DNA of 64,000 nucleotides from the NCBI GenBank assembly GCA_951406725.2, contig OX597820.1, forward strand, positions 29,326,001 to 29,390,000. The letters run 5' to 3'. The notes under the pieces were generated by a model. The model saw only the letters and a list, made by a program, of their open reading frames with translations, did no database searches and was not told the origin of the DNA. Position numbers and translations under genes: made by a program. Shown here one piece after another: positions 13,571-27,268 of the stretch. Positions within the stretch are counted from its first letter, which is position 1. Every line of letters starts with the position of its first letter. This stretch comes from Octopus vulgaris. Taxonomy: Eukaryota.

Positions 13571-14331
13571 AAGGTGGCGAGTTGGCAGAAACCTTAGCAC
13601 GCCAGGCAAAATGCTTAGTGCTATTTCATCTGCCGTTATGTTCTGAGTTTAAATTCCGCTGAGGTCAGCTTTGCCTTTCATCCTTTCGGGGTCTATTAAA
13701 TAAGTACCAGTTACGCACTGGGGTCGATATAATCGACTTAATCCGTCTGTCTGTCCTTGTTTGTCCCCTCTGTATGTAGCCCCTTGTGGGTAGTAAAGAA
13801 ATCGGTATTTCGTTCTGCCGCTACATTCTGAGTTCAAATTTCACCAAGGTCAACTTTGCCTTTCATCCTTTCGGGGTTGATTAAATAAGTACCAGTTACA
13901 CACTGGGGTCGATATAATTGACTTAATCCGTCTGTCTGTCCTTGTTTGTCTCCTCTTTGTTTAGCCCCTTGTGGGTAGTAAAGAAATAGGTATTTCATCT
14001 GCCATTATGTTCTGAGGTCAACTTTACCTTTCATCCTTTCGGGGTTGATTAAATAAGTACCAGTGGGGCAATATAATCGACTTAATCCGTTTGTCTCTCC
14101 TTGTTTGTCCCCTCTGTGTGTAGCCCCTTGTGGGCAGTAAAGAAATAGGTATTTCGTCTGCCGTTACGTTCTGAGTTCAAATTCCACTGAGGTCGACTTT
14201 GCCTTTCATCCTTTCGGGGTCTATTAAACTAGTACCAGTTACACACTGGAGTCGATATAATTGACTTAATCCGTTTGTCTCTCCTTGTTTGTCCCCTCTG
14301 TGTTTATCCGCTTGTGGGTAGTAAAGAAATA
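13571..14331 (+). mobile_element. Tetrameric SINE family B insertion flanked by a 17-bp TSD
   Basis: Four head-to-tail units. Direct repeat agaaactatgtggaatc at 13554-13570 and 14332-14348. Confidence 0.85.
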
Positions 14332-14841
14332 AGAAACTATGTGGAATCCTATTCTTTTTGTTTTAGTTGGAACACTTAACCCTCTAACATTTAAACCAGC
14401 CATATCCAACCAAAATATTCTACCTGTCTTATTATATTCAAACTGACCAGATCCAGCCCCTCGCACCTACCCTACAATGTCTTCCTAGAAATAAACAATG
14501 ACGTCATCAAAATCTCAATGCTACAAGATAATGCTTGATTGATTCAAAATAACAATAATGAATTGATAAGCATCACATTCAACAGAGTAAACTAAATGCT
14601 TAAGGGTTAACCTGCTGTCCTCTTTAACCCTGCTACTCAACAACTTGGGTCCCTTTAGTGACAGTCATCTGTTGCAAACATTGATGCTAGGTCTCGGGTC
14701 TGAGGATTATATCCTGTTTTTCCCTTCAACCAGTCCCAGAAGCCTTGGAAAGTGTGATGGGGCAAGTGCCCTTATCCTTTCCTCTAACAAACCAATTAAA
14801 ATAAATAAATGAATGGATGAATAGATTAAATAAATAAACAA

Positions 14842-15248
14842 ACAGGAGTGGCTGTGTGGTAAGTAGCTTCTTTACCAACCACATGGTTCCGGGTTCAGTC
14901 CCACTGCGTGGCACCTTGGGCAAGTGTCTTCTACTATAGCCTCAGGCCGACCAAAGCCTTGTGAGTGGATTTGGTAGACGGAAACTGAAAGAAGCCCGTC
15001 ATATATATATATATATATATATAGGTATGTGTGTGTATATGTTTGTGTGTCTGTGTTTGTCCCCCTAGCATTGCTTGACAACCAATGCTGGTGTGTTTAT
15101 GTCCCCGTTACTTAGCGGTTTGGCAAAAGAGACCGATAGAATAAGTACTGGGCTTACAAAAGAATAAGTCCCGGGGTCGAGTTGCTCGATTAAAGGCGGT
15201 GCTCCAGCATGGTCGCAGTCAAATGACTGAAACAAGTAAAAGAGTAAA
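14842..15248 (+). mobile_element. SINE family A copy (young)
   Basis: Near-identical to 12484-12873. Confidence 0.85.
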
Positions 15249-15944
15249 TTACTTAGTCATTATCGTTATTGTTTCTGACATTTTGACATTCAGCTACAAG
15301 CATAACAGATAACTTCGTTTATCTTGAATCATTTACCTTTATTATTATTTATTAGTTTCTTGGCTTCGCCACCTCCACCCTCTTCATTTGTATTTCATAT
15401 CTATTGATAAATGTTATGTGAACCTTCATTTACATTTTCTTCTATCTCTCTTTCTCTCTTATTTGTTAAACGTCACTATTATAAATTTTAAGACAGGTCA
15501 AAGAACTTTCGTTTATTTTGCAATCTTATTTATGGACTCTTCATAGTATCATGTTGTTGTGATTTTATGCGAGATATATTTTCTGTGTGATTAAGCGTTT
15601 TGCTTCCTGACCATGTAGTTTCAGGTTCAGTCCCACTGTGTGGTGTCTTGGGCAAGTGTTTTCTATAGCTCTGGGCTCACAAACGTTTTGTGATTGGATT
15701 TGGTAGAGAGGAACTGAATGAAACTAGTTGTGTGTGTATGTATCATCTGTTTCTCATGCTGGCATAATGTATGTTGTATCAGGTTGACCAGTTTTTCCCA
15801 CGCAATTCTGTATGCAAGGTTTGCTAACCCCCTCATAATCTCTCCTTTTATTATTAATAAAGTTGTTAGAATGTATATTAAGCCCTTTTATCTATCTACT
15901 TTGGCCTGTATTATGATAGGGCTTTTGGGAATAATTGTCCCTTA

Positions 15945-16257
15945 CGGCACGTAAAAAGCACCATCTGTTCGTGGCCGTTGCTAGCCTCGCCTGGCCCCCG
16001 TGCCAGTGGCACGTAAAAAGCACCATCCAATAGTGGCCGTTTGCCAGACTCGTCTGGCACCTGAGCCGGTGGCACGTAAAAAGCACCCACTACACTCACG
16101 GAGTGGTTGGCGTTAGGAAGGGCATCCAGCCGTAGAAACATTGCCAGATCAGACTGGGCCTGGTGCAGCCTTCTGGCTTCCCAGACCCCAGTTGAACCGT
16201 CCAACCCATGCTAGCATGGAAAGCGGATGCTAAACGATGATGATGATGTTGATGATG
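15945..16257 (+). mobile_element. SINE family C with an RTE-like 3' end and (GAT)n tail (other copies near 18870, 21470, 32410, 44335, 46250, 54904, 57920, 61888)
   Basis: Shared ggcacgtaaaaagcacc...gttaggaagggcatccagc...gcatggaaa.cggacg.taaacgatgatgat sequence. Confidence 0.8.
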
Positions 16258-17550
16258 GTCCTTGAGCCAACCTGCAAAGTCAAACAAGTTTAATACCTCT
16301 GATAGGTATTATCAGAAGTATTAAACCATGAAGAACAGAGATAAAGTGATGTTGTTACATTGGATGTAGATTCTACATTTGCCATGGTAACTGAACTTAT
16401 CAATCTCTCCTATCTGTTATTGCTGATTTTCCTTAAATTCTGAATAATCTTAATCCTTTTGGTACCAACTCTGCTATACATATTTCGTGTTTTAACCCTT
16501 TAGTATTTAAACTGTCCATATCCAACCCCAAATTTTCTACCCGTTTTATGTTCAAACGGGCCAGATCCGGCATCTCACACCTACCCCCCAGTGTCATTCT
16601 AAAAATATACAATCATATCATTGAAATCTCAAAGCTACGAGATAATGCATGATAAATTCAAAACGTTGTGAGTAAATAAGCAATAAACTGGACTCTCTGT
16701 CTCTGTCACCCTTTCAAGCCTAGCCAGGCTCATGGGCCCGGTTTCCCAGTTTCTGTGGCATATGTGTTCCCCCTAGCTGGATGGAACACCAGTCCATCGC
16801 AGCGTTACTCAAGAAACAGGAAGAGAGAGTGAGAGAAAGTTGGGGCGAAAGAGTACAACAGGGGTCACCACCACCCCCTGCCAGAGCCTCGTGAAGGTTT
16901 TAAGTGTTTTTGCTCAATAAACACACACAACTGGGAATCGAAACCGTGATCTTCCGACCGCGAGTCCGCTGCCCTGACCACCAGGCCATTGCACCTCCAC
17001 AATAAACTGGGCTAAATTTATCTAAATTAAAACTTTCATCAAAATTTCGTGTCAATTTATTTTCAAAATAATTGAAACAAGGGCAGTGTATTTCAACAGT
17101 GTGAAGGTGCATGGCTTAGTGGTTAGGGTATTCGGCTCACAATCATAAGGTTGTGAGTTCAATTCCCAGTGACGCATTGTGTCCTTGAGCAAGACACTTT
17201 ATTACATGTTGCTCCAATTCACTCAACTGACAAAAATGAATAGTGCTTATATTTCAAAGGGCCAGCCCTGTCACATTCTGTGTCACATTGAATCTAAGTG
17301 GGAAATACGTTAAAGGTACATATGTCTGTGGAGTGCTCAGCCACATGCATGTTAATTTCATGAGCAGGCTGTTCCATTGATTGGATCAACTGGAACCCTT
17401 GTGTTAAAACTGATGGAGTGCCAATTGATTTCAACAGTAATATAGTAACAAAAGGGTTGATTATTAATAACTTGAGATGAAAATAAGCTTCAAATAGGCA
17501 TGACTTACTATGTGTCATATTTTTCATATAACATTGTTTTTCTTTTCCAG

Positions 17551-17660
17551 AACTGTTTTGAATGTGGCACTCACAATCCCCAATGGGTGAGTGTATCCTA
17601 TGGTATATGGATTTGTTTAGAATGTTCTGGAAAACACCGTGGTCTTGGAGTCCATCTTAG
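17551..17660 (+). CDS. ARFGAP1: ArfGAP1 coding exon 2, zinc finger ([37 protein letters not shown])
   Basis: Pyrimidine tract and CAG acceptor at 17548-17550, GTAAGT donor at 17661. Encodes CxxC-x16-CxxC and the catalytic Arg at residue 50 of the spliced protein. Confidence 0.97.
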
Positions 17661-17899
17661 GTAAGTAATATCAGGTCTCTTAATTTTTTGATGTCTGCAC
17701 TTCCATGTTTGCATGGATCAAATGGAATTCATTGAAGAAGATAATCTACCATAGGTTGCTTTTCATGTCACCAGGCCTCACCTGTTTCCAAGCAAGGTAA
17801 TATTCCCTCTTGTCCTTCAAAAACGTACAACATGATGGTCAGACATGCTTTCAGGGAAGATGCTGCTTGAATTATGGCACTGATGACAAGGATTCTTTC

Positions 17900-18323
17900 C
17901 ATTTCTTATTTCCTTATTGACAACAAAGGGCTAAACATAGAGGGGACAAACAAGGACAGACAAAGGAATAAAGTCAATTACATCGACCCCAGTGCGTAAC
18001 TGGTACTTAATTTATCGACCCCGAAAGGATGAAAGGCAAAGTCGACCTCGGCGGAATTTGAACTCAGAATGTAACAGCAGACAAAATACCTATTTCTTTA
18101 CTGCCCACAAGGGGCTACACACAGAGGGGACAAACAAGGACAGGCAAATGGATTAAGTCGATTATATCGACCCCAGTGCGTAAATGGTACTTATTTAATT
18201 GGCCCTGAAAGGATGAAAGGCAAAGTTGACCTTGGCGGAATTTGAACTCAGAACGTAGCTGCAGACGAAATACCGCTAAGCATTTTGCTCAGCGTGCTTA
18301 CGTTTCTGCCAGCTCACCACCTT
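17900..18323 (-). mobile_element. Dimeric SINE family B insertion with an 11-bp TSD
   Basis: Two tandem units. aggattctttc occurs at 17889-17899 and 18324-18334. Confidence 0.8.
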
Positions 18324-19658
18324 AGGATTCTTTCAGTTTTTGCCTACCAAATCCACTCAGAAAGCTTTGGTCAACCCAACGCTATAGTAGAAAACACTTG
18401 CCCAAAGTGTCCCACAATGGGACTGAACCTGGAACCATGTGGTTGGGAAGCAAACTTCTTACCACACAACCATCGATTTTAACATAAGCAAAAGGCAGCT
18501 CATTTGTAAGGGAGGGCGGTACGGTAGCTTATATCAAACAACATATTTGAATTGTACTATTTTTATCATCCTCCTTAAGGAAGAAAGCTACAACTGACCT
18601 TGATGGAATTTGAAATCAGAACATAATGTAATTAAATACCTCGTGGCATTTTCTCTGATGTTCTACCGATTCTGCCAAACTACCACCCATATTCACATTT
18701 CCTGCTGACAACAATGTATTCCTCTCTTTGGCATACATCAGCCAGATGCCCCTATGGCTTTCTCTTCCGCTTTCACTCTTTGTTTCTCCTCTTTCACTTT
18801 CTTTTTCTTTCTTATCCTGCTTTCTCTTTCTTATTTCCTCCTCTTTTTTACTTGAGAGTTCTTTCTCATCGCCATCATCATTTAATGTCTGCTAGCATAG
18901 GTTGGACAGTTTGACTGAGGACTGGCAAGCCAGTAGGCTGCACCAGGCTCCAATCTGATCTGGCAAGGTTTCTACAGCTGGATGCCCTTCCTAATGCCAG
19001 CCTCTCTGAGAATGTAGAGAATGGCCTTTTAAGTGCCACCAGCATGGGAGCCAGTCAGAGGACACTGGCATCGACCATGTTTGGATGGTGCCTTTTACAT
19101 GCTGCCAGCACAGGAGCCAGTTAGGGGGTACTAGCATCGACCATGTTTGGATGGTGCTTATTATGTGTCACCAGCACAGGTGCCAGTCAGACGGCACTGG
19201 CCACGACTATGATTTCAATTTCACTTGACACAACAGGCCTTCGCAAGCACATCATATCACCTGACGCTTTAAGGGTACTTTTGAATGGGCTGGTTATGCA
19301 ACACTGGCATCAGCCATGGCTGCGATCTCCAAACCATACCATTACATAAACACTTGCCCAATAGCAACCCTTGTTATATAATATAGATACATCAGCACAA
19401 TCATCTATAATTATAATATATATATATAGGTATATCTTTTATCTTTTACCTGTTTTGGTCATTAGACTGCGGCCATGCTGGGGCACCACCTTGAATTTTT
19501 AGTCAAATAAATCAACCAAATACTTATTTAAGCCTGGTACTTATTGTATTAGTCACTTTTGGTGATCCACTAAGTTATCAACATGTGACAACCCCAGTTG
19601 TCACATGGTGATGGGAGGACAAACACAGAAAGACACACACACACACACATACAGAAAG

Positions 19659-19689
<31 letters not shown>

Positions 19690-21745
19690 AACGATGGGCT
19701 TCTTTCAGTTTTCACCTACCAAATCCACTCACAAGGCTTTGGTTGTCCCGAAGCTATTGTAGAAGATACTTGCCCAAGGTGTCACACAGTGGGACTGAAC
19801 CCAAAACCATGTGATTGGGAACCAAGCTTCTTACCACACAGCCACTTCTGTTACATATATAAGTATATATATAATGCTTATGTTTAAGTGTGTGTGTATG
19901 AAGGTGCATGGCTCAGTGGTTAGAGTATCCCTCCTCTCTGTTAGGAAGCACAAGCACTTACACACGCATGTACACAGCCTACAAAATTCAATCACAAGGC
20001 TTCAGTCAGTCCAGGCTTTCAATTCTGAGTTCAGTTCCCAAACCAGATTGTGTGATGTGTTCTTGAGCAAAGCGCTTTGTTTCATGTTGCTCCATTTCAC
20101 TCAGCTGTGAAAAAGAGTCACAATATCACTGGTGCCAAGCATTGCCTTCCCATTGGACAACACCGGTGGCATGAAGAGGGGAGATTGGTATGCATGGGCA
20201 ACTGTTGGTCTTCCACAAACAACCTAGCCCAGACTTGTGCCTCATAAGGAAACTTTCTAGATGAAAATCCCTTTGTGACGAAAGGGGGTTTTTACCCTTT
20301 TGTGTGTGTGTGCGCACTTTGCAACTACGTGGTTTCAGGCTCATCTCACTGCACAACTTTGACAAGTATCTTCTCTTATAACCCTGGGCTGACCAATACC
20401 TTGTGACTGAATTTAGTTGAAGGAAACTGTAGAAGCCCATTTTGTGTGTGTGTGTATGTATGTCTCTGTAGCCCCCTACAACCACTTGACAATTGATGTT
20501 GCTTTGATCATGTCCTCATGACTTAGTGATTTGGCAAAAGAGACTGATAAAATAAGTAACAGACTTTAAAAGAAATAAGTACTGGGGTTGATTTTTTTTT
20601 ACTAAACCCTACAAAACAATGCCCCAACTTGGCTGTTGTCCAATGACTGAAACATGTAAAAGATAAAAGATATATAGATAGACACATAAAAGGTTGTGTG
20701 GCAGTGCTTTATCATTATTAAAATAATAAATATTTAATTTTATTATGCCATGCACTAGTGCAAATTAATAGTTAATTACTCTGACTTTTTCATGATCAGT
20801 AATATCAGTCCTCAGGCAAATGAGGAATGAGGTCAGTTTTGTTTGTTTTTTTCCCAAGAGCATTCGTTAGCAGAGTAAATGAAATAGCTGTCACTAAGAA
20901 TTGAAACTGTGACTGCTCATTTGTAAACTATAAATGTGTATGTGTGTATTTGGGGATAGCTGTGTGATTAAGAAGTTGAGTTCAAAACCTTGTGGTTAGG
21001 GTTTCAGTCCTTTTATGTGGACGCTGTCAGCTGTTGTCCTCTTATATTCATGAGTTGACCAGTACTTTCTGAGTGAAATTGCTAGACAGAAACTGAAGAA
21101 GTCTATCAAACACATACACACACATGTCTGTATATGTGTGTCTATTTGTGTGAGTGAGTTTGTATTTCCCTTCATTTTCAAATGTGTTTCATGTCTAAAC
21201 AAAATGGCTCATTCAAATGATGTCCTTTCTTTACAGTTTTCTATGTTACCGTGTCCAGGTTGTTCATTCCTTGATAGACTGGGGAAATATTACCTTGCTT
21301 TGAAACATGCAAACAGGTCAGGGTTTGACATCAGAAAGGACATCTGGCAATGTAAAACTCAGTCACAATGTAGTTTATATCTGATTTATGCAAGCAAGAA
21401 AAGGTTGACATTGAACCAATAAACAATGATTATATATGTGTGTGTATATATAGGCTTGTATCATCATATATGGCCATTGCCAGCCTACCCTGGCACCTGT
21501 CCGGTGGCACGTAAAAAGCACCATCCGTACGTGGCCGATGCCAGCGCCGCCTGACTGGTTTCCATGTCGGTGGCACGTAAAAAGTACCCACTACACTCAC
21601 AGAGTGGTTGGCGTTAGGAAGGGCATCCAGCTGTAGAAACACTGCCAGATCAGACTGGAGCCTGATGCAGCCTCCTGGCTTCCCAGACCCCAGTCGGACC
21701 ATCCAACCCATGCTAGCATGGAAAACGGACGTTAAACAATGATGA

Positions 21746-21802
<57 letters not shown>

Positions 21803-21813
21803 GACACACACAC

Positions 21814-22020
21814 AAAAGTTCCTGGCTTTGGATAAAAGAAAATACAGGAGGATTAGTTAATTATGATTTTATTCACCTTATTCCCCTCTTGGATTCACAC
21901 TTATTACAGTGGTCTTTCTGTTTTTCTAAGCCCTGTAAAAAAAACTCAGAAGGTTGGACCTCCAACCAAGCCTTTTGCAATAACCTTAAATCTAGGAACT
22001 TTTCAGCACCCACTCTTATA
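21814..22020. mobile_element. Mariner-type MITE, partial copy of the 38447-38637 element
   Basis: aaaagttcctggcttt ... ggaacttttcagcaccc, matching the TIRs of the 38447 element. Confidence 0.65.
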
Positions 22021-22084
22021 TGTTGATACTAACATATATAGTAGAGAAGACAGGAAATGTTATAACATCACCTATATAATATAA

Positions 22085-22900
22085 TGAAATTATTGTATAC
22101 AGTGCTCAGGTGCACCACAACTTGTCAAAAGTGCATATAAAGCATATGCAGTAATGGACAAATGTCTGGGAAGTGAACGGTGTATGAGTCAGATACATGC
22201 TTCGGTGAGCTAGCTGAAACGTTAGCATGCCGGGCGAAATGCGTAGCCGTATTTCGTCTGCCGTTACGTTCTGAGTTCAAATTCCGCCGAGGTCGACTTT
22301 GCCTTTCATCCATTCGGGGTCGATAAATTAAGTACCAGTTACGCACTGGTGTCGATATAATCAACTTAATCTGTTTGTCTGTCCTTGTTCGTCCCCTCTG
22401 TGTTTAGCCCCTTGTGGGTAGTAAAGAAATAGATACATGCTTGTGTGTGTATGGAGGAGAGAAAATCAGGTGTAGTATTGGCAAATCTTAGGAAGCATGG
22501 AAGTTTTGAAGCTGTGCTGTTTTCTGACTTTGTAAACATGTCCACGGGTGTTAGACAGGTGGAATTTGAAAAGGTGCTCAGAGTTATTTTTAGTAAGATG
22601 GTTAATAATTTAATGGGTGTCTGTCAAGTCAGCTGCCAGACATCAGCATTTCAATGTATCCATGCCCAAGGAAGTAAGGCATTCAGAATATGGCAAATGC
22701 ATGATGGAGGGTATTCTCTTGGTTGCACGTCGCTGAACAGTTTCCAGATGATTAATATCCTGGGCAAGATAGGAGTTTGAATTTAGTTCCTGCACAGGAA
22801 CTAAATATTTATACTGGTAATGACTTATTTCCACTACATATGCTCTATATTTCTTAACTACTAAATGCTGATAAGTACAGTGGTCATCTAAACACTATAC
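22085..22900 (-). mobile_element. Old CR1-like LINE 3' fragment interrupted by a SINE B (22203-22430) with a 12-bp TSD
   Basis: Minus strand encodes YLAQDINHLETVQRRATKRIPS..LPYSE..LGMDTL, homologous to the 50256 ORF. agatacatgctt occurs at 22191-22202 and 22431-22442. Confidence 0.75.
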
Positions 22901-22996
22901 TGGAAGCCAACTAGATAATGATAATGTCTGTGAAGCTCTAATTTGTATGGTAGTAGTTGTACATCTAACTGTACACATAAGATATAATATGGATAA

Positions 22997-23400
22997 TCTA
23001 TTATATAAAATCCATTCTGTCTGTCTGTGTGTATGTCTTCTAGGATCTCAGGCATCCTCCATCTGATTGCGCTCAAATCTGATATGTAGATACCGATGGT
23101 ATCAGGGCATGTATAAGTCTTGAAAAAATTACAAAAATCAATTCCAGGTGAGAATGCAATCGATAAAGCCGTGGGAACGTGCATTTTTATGTGCAAGTAC
23201 ATCAGCTGTTGTGATTGATACTACGTGTACGCAAGAAAAATGCCGGCTGGCTTGAAATATTGTGGCTTGTCACAAAATGCAGTATATTTAAGAGACCGAA
23301 AAAGTAAGATGCAAAAGAGATATTTTCTTCAAACTTGGCGTGAAGGAAGGAAAGACTATTTGGTTTCTCAAGAAATTTTTTTTTTTTGCCTTAACTTCGT
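22997..23400 (+). mobile_element. Probable non-autonomous Helitron 5' portion (3' end not found)
   Basis: A|TCTATTATATAAAA start followed by ctgtctgtctgt microrepeats, as in Helitron-type non-autonomous elements. No clear hairpin-CTAG end. Confidence 0.4.
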
Positions 23401-24274
23401 TTAACAAAACCAAAAATTTTATTGAAATAAAGGCATGCTTAATTATTTTTTAATGAATAGAAAACACTGATTACATTTTATTCAGCAAATATGATTCAGC
23501 ACCCTCCTTTGGACAGGGGGCGTTTTGCTAGGCATTGTCTTCATCAGACTGTAAGGAATTTACTGCTACACACCAAAAATTTACTGATATCCACCAAATT
23601 ATAACTCTGTTTTCGTTCTTTGTTTTTTATTTTCTGCTGTCTTCATCCTTTTCTTCACCACCCTATAAATCTTTTTTCCTTTTTGTTCCTTTTCTTTTTT
23701 TTTCTCCCTCACTTTATTCTGCTTATTTTACCCCACATCCCTTACTTGTGTATATCTGTCGAAAATCTTAGATTCAGTTTAATGTATTGATATCATTTTA
23801 ATGATTTCGTATTAGCTCCTTATTTTTGTTCACCCAACCATACATTCCATAAAGGTGGGGATTTTTATGTTTAAAAAAAAAACATTTTTAAACCACTCGT
23901 ACATTGCAACCACTAAGCCCTAGCCACAAGATAAACCAAAATTAGATGAAGACTTGAAAAATCAAAAAACAAAAGTAACAAGTGGCAAAACTTCAAAGTC
24001 ACTGTCAACCTTTCCCTTATTTGAACACACACACACACACATATATCACTTAATCAGAAGAGGAAGTACAACATCCATGACCACCTGTTCAGAGCTTTCT
24101 GAGGTGGTATCCCGAAGGGAAGAAGAAACTGCAACTTGTATGTTGCAATAGAATACACCACATTAAAATATTGCTCCTTGTCCATACAACAGTGTAGACT
24201 CTGGTGAAGGTGATAAGTAGATTGGCAGATTAAGGCTGCCACTCAAGAACAGGTATCACCAATTTACTCAGACT

Positions 24275-24655
24275 TACTCTTTTACTTGTTTCAGTCATGT
24301 GACTGTGGCCATGCTGGAGCACTGCCTTTAGTCGAGCAAATCAACTCCAGGACTTATTCTTTGTAAGCCTAGTACTTATTCTATCAGTCTCTTTTGCCGA
24401 ACTGCTAAGTTACACACGAGCATCGGTTGTCAAGCGATGTTGGGGGGACAAACACAGACACACACACACACATATATATATATACATACACAAATATATG
24501 ACGGGCTTCTTTCAGTTTCCGTCTACCAAATCCACTCACAAGGCATTGGTCGGCCTCAGGCTATAGTAGAAGACACTTGCCCAAGGTGCCACACAGTGGG
24601 AATGAACCCGGAGCCATATGGTTTGTAAGCAAGCTACTTACCACACAGCCACTCC
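24275..24655 (-). mobile_element. SINE family A copy (other minus-strand copies near 25345-25728, 57210-57607, 60270-60672)
   Basis: Reverse complement of the family A sequence. Confidence 0.8.
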
Positions 24656-26856
24656 AATGCCTACAAAATTCTACAAAATTTCTTTGTAATTTCACTCATA
24701 TTGTTTTGAATCACCTGAAAGCTATATATGCTAGAAGACAACTGTCAAAGTATTGCAAAGTAAGATCTTACATAGAACCATGCTATAATGGTGTCCATAT
24801 TTTAATCACTGACATAATTTGCCAGGAACTTACCACCTATAAAATTCCCCTCTATCTTTCTAACTAAAATATTTCATAAATCTTATACAGCTATCAGTTC
24901 ATCATTGTTGTCATTGTTTTGATATCCATTTTCTGTGATGGCATGAATTAATTTGATTCTTCGTACTAAATGGTTCAATTCAATTCAGAATGAGCCAAGG
25001 CAGCTTATATGTGTGTCTAGGTGTTGGACATACCAACCAAATGGTTGCTGTATCAAGTCAGAGCCTCTTCATCCTTCCTGCCACCCATCCTCACCTGTTA
25101 CTAAGCAACAGGTTCAAAAGGTACTGGTGCCTGAGGTGACTGTTCAGGCCAAGGGTGGTATAGAAGAGCCACGGGCATTCATCACAGGGGAGAATTTGTG
25201 TGGGGAAAGGAAATGCAAGTCACTCTTTGCATCTTTGACATTTGATTTCTGCCTCTTGATGTCTGTTATTTTCCATCTGGTTTGTTCCCTCAGTGATAAC
25301 ATACTTCCACTAGTTCATCTGTCTTTAAAAAAGGAAGAGCACATTTACTCTTTACTCTTTTACGTGTTTCAGTCATTTGACTGCGGCCATGCTGAAGCAC
25401 CGCCTTTAGTCGAGCAAATCGACCCCCAGACTTATTCTTTGTAAGCCTAGTACTTTTTCTATCGGTCTCTTTTCCGAACTGCTAAGTTACAGGGACGTAA
25501 ACATACCAGCATTGGTTGTCAAGCAATGTTGCAGGGACAAACACAGACACACAAATACACACAAACATATATATATGTATACATATATACGAAGGGTTTC
25601 TTTCAGTTTCACAAGGCTTTGGTCGGCCCGAGGCTATAGTAGAAGATACTTGCCCAAGGTGCCACACAGTTGGACTGAACCCGGAACCATGTGGTTGGTA
25701 AGCAAGCTACTTACCACACAGCCACTTCTGATAATGTTGTGCTAAATATATTTTGTTTGAGAAAGAAAACATGATGGTCATGACAGGAATGTCTTTGATT
25801 TTAGGCATAGGCTTCATGGATTCAGGTGACTAGGAGTTAGACAACAGCATCAGTTTTTGTTTTGTATTTGTCTTTTTTTCCTCAAATGAACCCATCTTTA
25901 CAAGATAGTGAAAGTAATAAACTCATAATTGACACATTGCAAGTTCAATTTCATAAGCATCACACTGTATCATGATGTTAGTTTTCACTCAATCTATCAT
26001 CATCATCATCATCTAAGCATTAGTTCTCATCCTATCTAAAATAAGTTGGGCAGCATGATTGTGTGGTCAAGAACTTTGCTTTCTAACCACATGGTTTTGG
26101 GTTTAGTCCCACTGCATGGCACATTGGGCAAGTGTCTTCTATTATGGACCCTATGTTGAGCAAGGCCTTATCAGTGGATTTGGTAGACAAAATCTGAAAG
26201 AAGTTTAAGTGTGTGTTTGTGTGCGTGTGTGTGTGCGTGTACCTTCTTGTGACATCACATGATAGTTGGAATTGAGTGTTACTGTCATACAAATGCTGCC
26301 ATTTGTTTCCAATCTGCTCTGAAAACGTTCTGTCAGGGCATGGGGGAATATCATTTTGCTTGGTAACAGGTGAGGATGGGTGGCAGGAAGGGTATCCAAC
26401 TGTAGAAAATCTGCCTCTACAAATTCCATCTGATCCATGCAAGTACGGAAAAGCTGGTGTTAAAGCAATAATATCTTTATTTTTTTACTTGCTCCAGTCA
26501 TTAGACTGCCGCCATGCCGGGGTACCACCTTGAAGAATTTGGGGTCAAATGCATTGACCCCCAATACTTATTTTTAAAAGCCTGATACTTATTCTATTAG
26601 TCTCTTTTGCCAAACTGCCAAGTTAAGGGATGTAAACACACCACCACCAGTTGTCAAGCAGTGGTGAAGGGAACAAACACACACATATATCTGTGTGTGT
26701 GGCTGTGTAGTAAGAAGTTTGCTTCCCAACCACATGTTTCCAGGTTCAGTCCCACTGCATGGCAGCTTGGGCAAGTGTCTTCTGCTATAGCCTCAAACTG
26801 CCCAAAGACTTTTGAGTGGATTTGGTAGACAGAAACCGAAAGAAGCCCATTGTATG

Positions 26857-26887
<31 letters not shown>

Positions 26888-27209
26888 ATGTATGTATATA
26901 TATGTATGTATGTATGTATAAACAGCCACAACCACACACACACATACCTCCTCTTGCACTCTCCTGTCTTTGAAATAATTTTTTCTTCACCCATTCCCTT
27001 CAGGTCACTTCAATATGTGACCGCGTGTGTATTGTTGGTGATTTTCTTTCTCCGTCTTCCCTTCCTTGGACTTTTCCTATGTTTCTGACAAAGAGCTCCA
27101 TTCAAAACGTTAAATCCTCCTTCTTTCTTTCCTTTCCTGAGCGTCCAATAACATTATACTTGTTGCACGTCCTCACGTTCTTGTGTTTTCTCTTTGTTCA
27201 TGTTTGGAT

Positions 27210-27268
<59 letters not shown>

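Noticed and set aside
13571-14331. Repeat-spacer look suggesting a CRISPR array
   Set aside because: The units are whole SINE bodies with no unique spacers, in a eukaryotic context with no cas genes.
23505-23556. Minus-strand CTGATGA...AAAAcg hammerhead-like string
   Set aside because: GAAA is absent, and stems II and III do not pair convincingly.
24953-25444. 163-aa ORF
   Set aside because: Patchwork across repeat fragments that ends inside a family A SINE, with no protein motif.
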